Virus record (IMG/VR): IMGVR_UViG_3300032038_000003
Location: 64,001 to 128,000 of that record
Direction: 5' to 3' (one strand)
DNA: 64,000 bases
Origin: a virus
Lineage: Duplodnaviria > Caudoviricetes
Part shown: one piece after another, positions 45,667 to 55,500 of the stretch
Layout: every line of letters starts with the position of its first letter
Numbering within the stretch: position 1 is the stretch's first letter
Program-made: the position numbers and the translations under genes
The notes under the pieces: model-generated
Told to the model about the DNA's origin: nothing
Databases searched by the model: none
What the model saw: only the letters and a program-made list of their open reading frames with translations

Positions 45667-46321
45667 AGGGAAATCTCATAAGGTCTGGATTTGTAAGTCC
45701 ATAATTAGCTTCGACTTGTGCATCCCAGTAAAGAATACCATATCCATTAAGTACAGGATATTCGTTTAACTGATTAGGAGTAAACTGAGCAACCAAAACG
45801 AAACCTTGTGTAATGTTCTTTGTTAAATGTAATGGCAATTTAATCTGATTAGCTTCGATAGGCCATCTTTCGCCAGTATACATCTCAAGATAGTATTTGA
45901 TAGAAGCACCTACTGGAACTTCTTGACTTGTTACCAAGAAGAAATCATTCATTTCAATATCTGCACCATGAGGGCTATATATTCTGACAGATTTGAATTC
46001 TCCAGGCTTCGATTTATCTTTTAATGATACTTGGCTGGTTTTTTCTAAAATACATACATTGTTTGAATCAGTAAGATTGATTTTTTTACCGTCTTGGAAA
46101 TAATCAATCGAACATGAATTACAATATAAGTTGTTATCTAAAATAGTATAAACCCTTTCTTCAAAGGCTTTATCTTTAACATCATTTGTTTCCTGTTGAG
46201 TAGCGTTAACATCTTGCTGTAATGAATTTACGGTTTGAGCATTAACCCTTTCACTAGACTCGTTAACGTGTCTTTTGTATTGGGTATATTGTCTTTTGTT
46301 GTTGTTTTCATTCATTGCCAT
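45665..46321 (-). CDS. Virion structural protein ending at a CCC-TAG frameshift site
   Basis: Beta-rich (VPVGASIKYYL...W, YPVLNGYGI); ends MRFP*. Confidence 0.7.
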   Translation of the reverse strand: MAMNENNNKRQYTQYKRHVNESSERVNAQTVNSLQQDVNATQQETNDVKDKAFEERVYTILDNNLYCNSCSIDYFQDGKKINLTDSNNVCILEKTSQVSLKDKSKPGEFKSVRIYSPHGADIEMNDFFLVTSQEVPVGASIKYYLEMYTGERWPIEANQIKLPLHLTKNITQGFVLVAQFTPNQLNEYPVLNGYGILYWDAQVEANYGLTNPDLMRFP

Positions 46322-46336
46322 AGCGTATAACCCTCC

Positions 46337-46828
46337 TTAAATAATGACGTTATGGTTTCCGTAAGTATAAGTATCAGCAAAGATCGGTTTGATTCTAATC
46401 TGGCAGTTAGATTCAAGTGGATAAGTTCTTGTAATCATATCTCTAAAATACTCAACTCGTATTTTGTCGTTTAAATCAAGAGGTTTAAGGTTTTTATCAA
46501 TAGTAATAAATCTATTATATTTATTATATTGATAATAAAGAGTATTCAAAACAGCGTCATTAATATATACCTTGAACTTATGATCTCTGTCGGTATATAA
46601 ATCTTTAGGTAATTCCCATGTATAGTTATCATTATATTCAAGGTCTATACTGGTACGCTCAACATTTGGTTCAGAAGGATTATCGAAAGCGTCTATGAGT
46701 TCTTCACGAATACCAGAAGAATAATTATCATCTGGAAATAAACCATAGACTTCATATCCTTGAACATGCTTATTATTAAGCCTTTTAAATGTAATTGTCT
46801 TTGTTAATAATGCTGGGATTAAAGACAT
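46337..46828 (-). CDS. Structural module protein
   Basis: FKVYIND...LNDKIRVEY motif, also seen in the larger tail proteins. Confidence 0.6.
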   Translation of the reverse strand: MSLIPALLTKTITFKRLNNKHVQGYEVYGLFPDDNYSSGIREELIDAFDNPSEPNVERTSIDLEYNDNYTWELPKDLYTDRDHKFKVYINDAVLNTLYYQYNKYNRFITIDKNLKPLDLNDKIRVEYFRDMITRTYPLESNCQIRIKPIFADTYTYGNHNVII

Positions 46829-46840
46829 ATTTACAACTCC

Positions 46841-47998
46841 TTATGTTTCAAGAACGTAATGAGTATTCTCAGATACGTTCTGATAAACGTCTATTAAATA
46901 TATGTCAAAGACATATAAATTACCAACTACACCAGATATTTGAATATTGATGGTATCCTGTACGCTAGATTCAGAATATACCGCAAGCTTATTGGATTCA
47001 AGTGGGATATTCCACTGGTTATATCCTAATGATTTGTGCTGAGTTTTATCATAATAAATACCGTCTCTTCTTATGATTTCAATCTTGTGAGCATCAGTAT
47101 CATTAATATCAATTACGGTATCTTGATCATCTGGATTTTCTTTATACAGAATAACCATTTTTTCAATACTTACTGGTAATTCACTCTGATATGTCGGCAC
47201 ACTGAATTCACCATAATCAGATCCATAGACATTACGTACCTTATAGGATTTTAATTTTCGATAATTAAATTCCTTATTATCGTTTTGCCATGGATTTTGT
47301 ACTTCAAGTACCATAAATGTATTAGAAATTAAGCTGTGTAATGACACATGTACATTTTGAATTTTAGGAACTGCTTCAACCATTGGTAACCCAAGCTGTT
47401 GAATATTATAAGAACGTGTGACATCACCTATTCTTATTGTATCATCGTTTTCGTTATATGGAATATTATTAACAAGCTGCCATGTATCAGTATCTGAATC
47501 TGTATAATTGTCACATGACCATAGCTGTCTTGTTAAATCGGTTGCATCGATATAGTTAATCAATACACCGCTTACTTTAGATAAGTGTGTCATTTGGTTA
47601 TTTATTTCATCTACTGCAATAACAGAATAGTAAAATACAATACCTTCTTTATGTGTGAGTGGCAAAGGTGAAAGAATTAATTCATTTACATAAGAGTACG
47701 TATTAACTTTTACAAGATTTATTGCAGTTTCATATTCAACAATAGGAACCGTATTGGTCTTTGGACCGTTATAGGTTACACCAGTAGTATCTTGAAGCGT
47801 ATCAAAAATAATATAACAAGGCTTACCGTTATAGCTTTCTGTAGCTGCGGTTGCCTGATCTATAACTATGATTGGTTCAAGATTTGCTACCTTTGATATT
47901 GTATTAATATCATCTGCATTCGTTGAACGGAATATATATAATTTGAGATCGTTGTCGCTTTCTACTTTTGGTATTGTAAGTTTTGCAGTATATCCCAT
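46841..47998 (-). CDS. Structural protein with FN3-like segments
   Basis: LYIFRS...FYYSVIAVD; IYLIDVYQNVSE. Confidence 0.55.
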   Translation of the reverse strand: MGYTAKLTIPKVESDNDLKLYIFRSTNADDINTISKVANLEPIIVIDQATAATESYNGKPCYIIFDTLQDTTGVTYNGPKTNTVPIVEYETAINLVKVNTYSYVNELILSPLPLTHKEGIVFYYSVIAVDEINNQMTHLSKVSGVLINYIDATDLTRQLWSCDNYTDSDTDTWQLVNNIPYNENDDTIRIGDVTRSYNIQQLGLPMVEAVPKIQNVHVSLHSLISNTFMVLEVQNPWQNDNKEFNYRKLKSYKVRNVYGSDYGEFSVPTYQSELPVSIEKMVILYKENPDDQDTVIDINDTDAHKIEIIRRDGIYYDKTQHKSLGYNQWNIPLESNKLAVYSESSVQDTINIQISGVVGNLYVFDIYLIDVYQNVSENTHYVLET

Positions 47999-48014
47999 AT
48001 TAATCTCCTTATAA

Positions 48015-48050
48015 AATTGAGCTGGAAACCTTTGAATTTCCAGCTCAATT
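48015..48050 (-). terminator. Strong hairpin (terminator or leader structure)
   Basis: AATTGAGCTGGAAA-8nt-TTTCCAGCTCAATT, 14-bp perfect stem. Confidence 0.65.
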
Positions 48051-48070
48051 GCAAAGCTTTCCTGTTATTT

Positions 48071-48099
48071 ATTATATTATTAAACCGCAACACATTCAA
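48071..48099 (-). promoter_or_regulatory. Putative sigma-A promoter
   Basis: TTGAAT-17-TATAAT overlapping the stop of the 1476-aa gene. Confidence 0.55.
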
Positions 48100-51000
48100 G
48101 AAAGATTTCTGGTGTGATGTCTATCACGTTAGTATAGTTGTCTTGTATCTCTAATGTATATTGAGGCAAGTCTTCTTTCTTGTATGAGTCTACAAATTCA
48201 ATAATTGGATAAATACCAGCTCCAAGCCAACGTTTAACTTTTTGTTCTACGTCAGCAGTGGTAAATCTGCCACCATATTCTTTTAAAATTCTATTGTCGA
48301 GCCTTACAATAATAACACCGTTTTCTTGATATGGCTTACCATCGTAATAACCAATATCAAGATAGAAGTCTGATTCTGGCTCAAGTTCGTGTCGTAATGA
48401 ATCAGACATTGCTTCAAGGACACCACCGCCACGAGTTCTTGAATCAGTAATAATAGTTGAATGTAATGAAGTATCTTGTCTGATATATACAGAACCGATT
48501 AACATATCTTCGTCTGCTGCTGGTTCTGCATTATCGATTTGGTGATATAAGCAGTTTTCGTTTTCTGATATTACTTTTGATACTTCGTCAACTGGAGTAA
48601 TTTCTGTACCAGTATATTCTTCTTCAACATCTTCAAAACCGTCAAGTAATGTCTCTGTAGTTTCTCTTGGAGTACGAGTAACGATATTAACCTTAAGAGG
48701 GCTTGCGATATTAAACGTATATACAAATTTGTCTGCGTCTTGTCCGCCAGCACTACATTCTTTTGTTAATATACGATATGTTCGTCCAGGCAAGAAGATT
48801 ACTTCGTCAATTGAAAACGTATATGGATTCATCGTATGTGTATGTCCATCTGCTGGTGCAGTATAGAGAGTAGTCCATACTTCTGGGAAATCGTCTTCGC
48901 TTTCAAGTATTTGTATTTGGAATCCATCCCAATGACCAGTACCCATTGTCATATTAAATGGTCCATTGTATTCAATTTCGTTTTCATTAACTGTAAACGA
49001 TAATACTTCTTTCCAATCTGGTGAAAATTCAGAATACTTAGTAACCACTTCTGAGATATCCATGTCTGGACTGTATTGTTTTTCAACCCATCTTTTAGTT
49101 TCAGTTTTATATTTTGGCTGTTTAACGGTTCTCGTTTTTGTAACTTCAGTTGCCGTTACGCCGTCTTTACCATAATATAAGCTATCTGCATCTGCACTAA
49201 TTTCGTAAATACCAGTAGGCTTTAAGAAAAAGTAGATAACTTTATTAAATAAGTTTTTCGAAGGACTTACTTCTGATGGTAAATAGTTAGGGTTGTTATA
49301 AGTATGATAGATATTAGGATTTAAATCTATTCTTACAAAGTCAGCAGCGTCTCTCCAATATCCACGATAATGATAATTTTCTTCTAAGTAAGTATAGTTA
49401 GCAATAATCTTATCATTTTCTGAGATAGCTTCTTTAATGATAACGACACCGTCTGTGAACGATACATTTTCAACCGTTAACTCAAACAACTCGTCATCTA
49501 TCTTTTTGAAGACATGCATAGTTAACAGTTTATAATTCTCGTCATATAAAACATGCAATGGATAACATAAAGTTTTAATCATGTGAGGATTAAGTATTGT
49601 TACTTGTTCGTTTTCAATATCTACATATGGTTGTCCATAAGTAGTTGAATAATGCTGGGTATCATATTCTGGCATAGAGTAACATACTTTAGTATGAGCA
49701 CCGTATTGATCCATGATTCTTGAGAAATGTCCAAACTGAATCATTGGATACCATGATTCTAATAATTTTTCTTCTCTTGGTGCTTTAACTCTAATGTTTC
49801 GAGAGTCTATACATTTAACTTTGTATCCTTGATAAATATATTTTCCATCTGTCCAGTATGGATTTTCCATATCAAGTTTCTTAGTATATGCTGCATGAAC
49901 TATATCGTAAAATCCAGTATCAATAGTTGTTTCTGCTGTAATAAAACCAGATCCATCTGGATTACATTTGATATTAACAGATCCAGCATTGTTAATATTA
50001 TGTATAATTACAGAATAAACAAATGTATCAGCAGTATCTGATATTACTGGTTCATAATCATCATCTGCTGATTGATAGTCAGCTTGATCGTTCATACATA
50101 ATTGTTTTGGAGAACATGGAACGGAATCTCCGTTTAATTTAGGAGAAATGATCATACCACGTCCTTCAAAGTCTTTATATTCACAAGGAATACAATAATC
50201 TTTATTTAAAATACTTGATTGACGTATTTCGCTATAAAAGACTTTGTTGTTATCTTTATCTACAGCCATTACTTGCCATTCGAAAGTAACACGATATCTT
50301 TCATCTTTGAGAGGCATGTAATTCAAAATTTGAATATAGCTGAGTCTTGTTTTGCGGTTAACTTTACAAAGACGATAATCAACACCCTCTACCATATAAG
50401 GAGCATTATATATATCTTCTTCGATACCATTATTTAAAACTTTGTTATCATCATCAATATCATTAAATCCGTTATAAACGACTTTAAATGTATCTGTAGA
50501 GCTTGATACAAAGTTAGTAAACAAGTCGGCGTAATAACATTTAGGAATTAATTTCGTTGTAGGTTTATTATACTGATCATAAGTGGTTTGTTCTGTATAT
50601 TCTGCTACTGAAAGCTTCATGTTATGTTTATAATTTTCTGGTACGTCTTTTAGCATACTCGTATAGATTTGAACAGCATCACCTTTATACATACCGTTTT
50701 CATCTGGTCCACGGTAATCATATATAGGCTGTTTTAATCTATATTTATAAAAACATCCTTCACCATCTTTAAATATATCAGTAACATAAACCGTATCTGC
50801 TTCTAATCGATAATAACTACGATATTCAACTGAATACGTAGGTCGATTATCTTTATCTGTTTCTGTTTTTAATCCTTCAACAATCTGACGCAAATAACCG
50901 TCTTGGTCTGGGAACATAACGATTTCGTTATCTTCATCAGCGTTTTGGTTGCCAACAGAATTACCTTTGGTAACAGAACCCATATAGAAAGCAATACCGT

Positions 51001-52510
51001 CATAATCAATCCAGTTTTTATTTACTAATCCAGAATAATGACAGTGTGCTCTATAACTTGTTGCTTCTTCTTTTCTGGTAGTAATAGTTCTGGTTACTGA
51101 TTCATGACCAGCTTTTTCTATCCATACGCTATGATAATTAGCTGTAATATTATACAGCATAGTACCTTCAGTTCCACGGTCAGATATAACGTATTTAAAA
51201 CCTAAGACAAAGTGACATGGCGAAGGCTCTAGTTCTTCATGAATTTCATTCTCTGAATCGCCTTCGAACACACTACCGTCACGCAGCATATCTATGGTTT
51301 TATCATTAACAACGAACTGTAAATCTGATAACCAAATAGCTATATCTTTTCCAGCATCAATAGCATCTTGTAAGATTTTTAATACAGTCTGATATGATCC
51401 AGGGGCATTTTCAAGCATAACCATAAAGTCTTCAATTTCTTCATAGCCTTTACCCATATCAGCAAGGTATGAAGTTTCTGGCTTTTGACCACCAAGTTTT
51501 ACATCTTTATCAAAAGTAGGCAGTTGATTTTTATAACTGTCCTGATCATCAGTATGAGTAACATGCCATGGAAAATCATCTGATTGAATGTTAGATATTT
51601 TTCTTTCTTTTGAAATAGAACCGTCTTTAGGTTCTACGTCGTATTTAACTGGCTCATATTCCAGTTTATCAAAATATAAAAATCCAACTGGTTTAGATGA
51701 ACTAATAATATCTGGATTGTTGATAAATTGTTCGTTAGAACCATCCCATTGGTTCGTAAGATTATTTACAAAGTTTGCAATCCTGTTATTAGTATTTGTT
51801 GTTGGCATACCAGAACCGCTACACTTTAATTTGGTTGGAGTGATTTCGATACGTGCGGGCCAGCAATAATCTTCGCCTGCCATTGGATTTGGTACGTTAG
51901 TCCACGGACCATTATTCATATCATTTGAATTAAGATATGTACCAAAGATTTCATGGTAATTAAGCTCGAAGTTATTAATCGTATAATCCAGCTCTTCAGT
52001 AATAGAAGCGTCTTTTGTTGTATATGTTTCGTATTGAGCAGTATCAAGATATAAATGACCTTTATATCCATCTGCATCTGCATATTCTATTACTTTGTCT
52101 TCATCACCCTTTTTAGAAACGATCTGGACATTATCATACGTAACTTCTTTCTGATTTACGTGTTGTTCTGGATACCAACGAACAGTATTTTCTTGTCTTG
52201 TAAGACGACCATAATATCCTTCTTCGTCTGAATGATAAATGTATTTAGGTAAATATAAATCAGTAGTAGGCTCTTCACCATTAGGACCAGAAGCTACGTC
52301 TGTTACGGTTAACCATTGTGTTTCAATTCTATGATCAATGGTCTGGCGTGGAGGATCACTCGCTAAGATTTTTTCTGAATCTGTAGCAGTTGGATTAAAA
52401 TAATATGCAAGATTTACAGCATTTTGAGGAACCTTCTTTCCTATACGGAGAGAAGGTTCCTTGTCATATCCTGTAACTGTATCTTTGAAAGGTTTCGTAG
52501 CTTTGAACAT
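48080..52510 (-). CDS. Large virion structural (baseplate/tail) protein, 1476 aa
   Basis: Acidic, beta-rich; C-terminal DSRTRGGG...LDIGYYDG; contains a module shared with the 918-aa fibre. Confidence 0.65.
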   Translation of the reverse strand: MFKATKPFKDTVTGYDKEPSLRIGKKVPQNAVNLAYYFNPTATDSEKILASDPPRQTIDHRIETQWLTVTDVASGPNGEEPTTDLYLPKYIYHSDEEGYYGRLTRQENTVRWYPEQHVNQKEVTYDNVQIVSKKGDEDKVIEYADADGYKGHLYLDTAQYETYTTKDASITEELDYTINNFELNYHEIFGTYLNSNDMNNGPWTNVPNPMAGEDYCWPARIEITPTKLKCSGSGMPTTNTNNRIANFVNNLTNQWDGSNEQFINNPDIISSSKPVGFLYFDKLEYEPVKYDVEPKDGSISKERKISNIQSDDFPWHVTHTDDQDSYKNQLPTFDKDVKLGGQKPETSYLADMGKGYEEIEDFMVMLENAPGSYQTVLKILQDAIDAGKDIAIWLSDLQFVVNDKTIDMLRDGSVFEGDSENEIHEELEPSPCHFVLGFKYVISDRGTEGTMLYNITANYHSVWIEKAGHESVTRTITTRKEEATSYRAHCHYSGLVNKNWIDYDGIAFYMGSVTKGNSVGNQNADEDNEIVMFPDQDGYLRQIVEGLKTETDKDNRPTYSVEYRSYYRLEADTVYVTDIFKDGEGCFYKYRLKQPIYDYRGPDENGMYKGDAVQIYTSMLKDVPENYKHNMKLSVAEYTEQTTYDQYNKPTTKLIPKCYYADLFTNFVSSSTDTFKVVYNGFNDIDDDNKVLNNGIEEDIYNAPYMVEGVDYRLCKVNRKTRLSYIQILNYMPLKDERYRVTFEWQVMAVDKDNNKVFYSEIRQSSILNKDYCIPCEYKDFEGRGMIISPKLNGDSVPCSPKQLCMNDQADYQSADDDYEPVISDTADTFVYSVIIHNINNAGSVNIKCNPDGSGFITAETTIDTGFYDIVHAAYTKKLDMENPYWTDGKYIYQGYKVKCIDSRNIRVKAPREEKLLESWYPMIQFGHFSRIMDQYGAHTKVCYSMPEYDTQHYSTTYGQPYVDIENEQVTILNPHMIKTLCYPLHVLYDENYKLLTMHVFKKIDDELFELTVENVSFTDGVVIIKEAISENDKIIANYTYLEENYHYRGYWRDAADFVRIDLNPNIYHTYNNPNYLPSEVSPSKNLFNKVIYFFLKPTGIYEISADADSLYYGKDGVTATEVTKTRTVKQPKYKTETKRWVEKQYSPDMDISEVVTKYSEFSPDWKEVLSFTVNENEIEYNGPFNMTMGTGHWDGFQIQILESEDDFPEVWTTLYTAPADGHTHTMNPYTFSIDEVIFLPGRTYRILTKECSAGGQDADKFVYTFNIASPLKVNIVTRTPRETTETLLDGFEDVEEEYTGTEITPVDEVSKVISENENCLYHQIDNAEPAADEDMLIGSVYIRQDTSLHSTIITDSRTRGGGVLEAMSDSLRHELEPESDFYLDIGYYDGKPYQENGVIIVRLDNRILKEYGGRFTTADVEQKVKRWLGAGIYPIIEFVDSYKKEDLPQYTLEIQDNYTNVIDITPEIFLECVAV

Positions 52511-52520
52511 TTGACTACTC

Positions 52521-55500
52521 CTATTCGTTAATGATTTCTACAGAAGCTTCAATTACTTTGCCATCGCTTGCAGTAGTACGTGCAGTCAGTACATCGATAC
52601 AAGGCTCAACAGCGGATTCATATAATACATGAATAACACCATTAATATCAGTAAGATGTTTAGCGTCGGTATTATCAAAATTAAGAATACCACTATCGCA
52701 GTCGATATCAATATCTTTAGCAATGACTGGATTACCTTCGTAATCAAGGCATTCTATTGATACATCTATTTTATCATACCCTCCAGATTTAATGTACTTT
52801 GGATTTCTGTAGATATTAATTGTATAAGGCTCATTATGTTCATCAGTTAAGTAAATAAATCCTTTATAGTCAGTTCTATAAACTGGATTAAGACTAAGAT
52901 TAGTAGCAATAAACTTATTATTAGTCTTATTGGTTTCAAAGTACACTTTGTATTTATGCTTCAGAGTCTGTATCTGCTCTTCAACGGTAATTGTACGATC
53001 AACACGAGCAACTAATTCTGGAGATACAAAGTAAGTATCTTTTTGTGATCTTACACAGAAACCATAACAAACAGCTTGTGTAAATATGTCCAGGCGGTCT
53101 GATGATGTAAGATCAACGGTTAACGTTGAATCATCGTTCCATACATTTGGATTATTCCATTCAGAAATTTTACATTGTACTTGAGAACCATTCTTGGCTA
53201 CACCGATTTTGATACCATTAACCATATCATTCCAGTTTACATATCCATCGTGTTCAATGGTTTTATTAGTAATAACCAATGCATCGTCACGTCCATAATC
53301 AAGAACGATTGCTGTATTACATCTATTAAATGTATAATCGTCTGCTAAAGAAATTAAATAGCTTAATGTATGATATGCACCACCAGAGTCTTTAGCATAA
53401 CCAATGACAAAACCTATAATGTCTTGATCAGCATCTGTTGAATATGCTATGACACTCATTGAATAACTAGTTACTGGAACAAGATTATTAATAATAATCG
53501 AGAACTCGTCTAAGTTATATGAGTAATATATAGCGTCAAGCCCAGCATCATATTTCCAGTTTACATCTGATATTGTAGAGTTCTTATTGATTGCCTGTTT
53601 AAAACCGTTAGCATAAATCTGTCCTAAATGACATTCTGTATAAGTATGAGTATCTACGATAGGAACAAGATTTTGTATTTCTTCTCTCTTTGCAACCTCA
53701 GAATCGTAGTCACTGTAAATTGTCATTTGAGTCTTATCTTTTTCGTAATCTATTTCTGTATAGAAAGAATTTAAAATATTGTATTTAACTTGAATTTTAT
53801 CGTTTATTTTTGGATTTATATCAAAAATAATCAGATTATTTACAATTTTAAAGCTTTCAAACGGTTCTTCATTTAATGTAAGAGTTAATGTTTTGATGTC
53901 AAAATCGTTACGAGAAAGCTTAATGTAGTGCTGATCGTCCGCATTTAAAATCTCAAAGTTTTCTGTTTTTTGCATTGTGACAGGATCAACATCAAATACC
54001 TCTCTATAAGAAATACCATCAGCGTCTTCCATTGTAATTGGACAGTATTGCTGAGGAGTACCTTTTGTAATAGATAAGACATCAAGTGTTTTAACTGGAT
54101 CCATATTTGCAAAGATATATGGTGTATATTTTACAGAGATTTCTGTTTCAAAATCTGCTGTTGCAAATATAGGAGTATTTAACGAGCTAACACTTGGGTA
54201 TTCATTTTTAGTAGACTCTTCGTAGTTTAAGTGAATATTATGTTCTGTTGAATTGATTTTTACATAATGAATTTCATTATCTTTGAATCCTTTAGCTTTA
54301 ATATCTCCAGAAATAATATCATAAACCGAAGGGAATATTCTGTGTGATTTACCATCTGTAGTAATTTCAAACGACTGTATTTCTTGGAAAGAGTCATATG
54401 TATCAACTGGAACATAATCTCCAGTCATTTGAATTTGCTCAATATATGGTAATAACACATCGCTTTCTTTAGTTAATAATTTCTTATGAAGCCAATAAAC
54501 TTTTTCACCATAAGGAATTACTATTCTGTATCTAAAGAATCTCGTAGTAAGTGTAGCAGTACCATTTACTCTGGTCCATGTAACATTCTCAAGTAACAAC
54601 TTGTCTTTATTATAGTTTTCTGTAGCAACATATAATTCACAATTTTTGTTAATATTAGAAGCAAATATATCAACGCTAATAGTAGATACACAACCAAAAT
54701 CAATTATCTTTGAATTAAATATACCGTCTGATTCGTAAGGACCAGCCTGTAAATGATCAGTAATAGTAACACAGTTTGTATGGTTTTGAGTGTCACCGTC
54801 ATCTACCCAATCAAGGTAACAGCATAAGTAATCTTCAATGGTTTTATCATGGTGTGTTACACTTGCTGCAATAGTAAACTGTACTTGATATGCACAGCTT
54901 AATGGTACATTTGGTACTGAATCATTTGCAAATTCTTTCCAATCAGACCATTGACCTTCTTCAATGTCATAACTTCTTACTTGCATAGGTGGCAATTCAG
55001 AACCATCTTCAAAGTGACAATCAACTCTTAATTTACCAGCAGAGGTAAGAGTATTAGGGAATAAGATAACTGGTGATGTATAAACATGTGCAGTATATTC
55101 TTTATAGAATTCACCATCTATCTTAGGCTGAATTGTTAATCCCTTACCGTTAACCCATACAAACTCTTTTTCGTTTTGCATGAGTTCTGAACGAGTATTT
55201 TTAACAATATCGTAATGCTCTGGATCTCCAGCTTTACGAAGTAAATCAACATCAATAGTCATATAGCCATTGATTGTCTTAAAGTTTTCTTCGTTATATT
55301 CTTCAAAATCGGCTTCTACATCAAATTCAGAATAAGCATAATACTCATGCTGATTGAGATAATAATATCCGTTATGAATTCGTGGAGACCATTTTGTTGT
55401 TGCATTTACTACACCTTTAAAGTTAGCACCAAATTCTGCTTTGCCATTTTCATCAAATGCTACTTCAGATGGATAATTAAGAGCAAGTACATCTGAGTTA

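Noticed and set aside
45647-45667. TAG readthrough or an alternative genetic code
   Set aside because: The zero frame hits TGA five codons after the TAG; other genes end cleanly at TAG and long ORFs are intact under code 11
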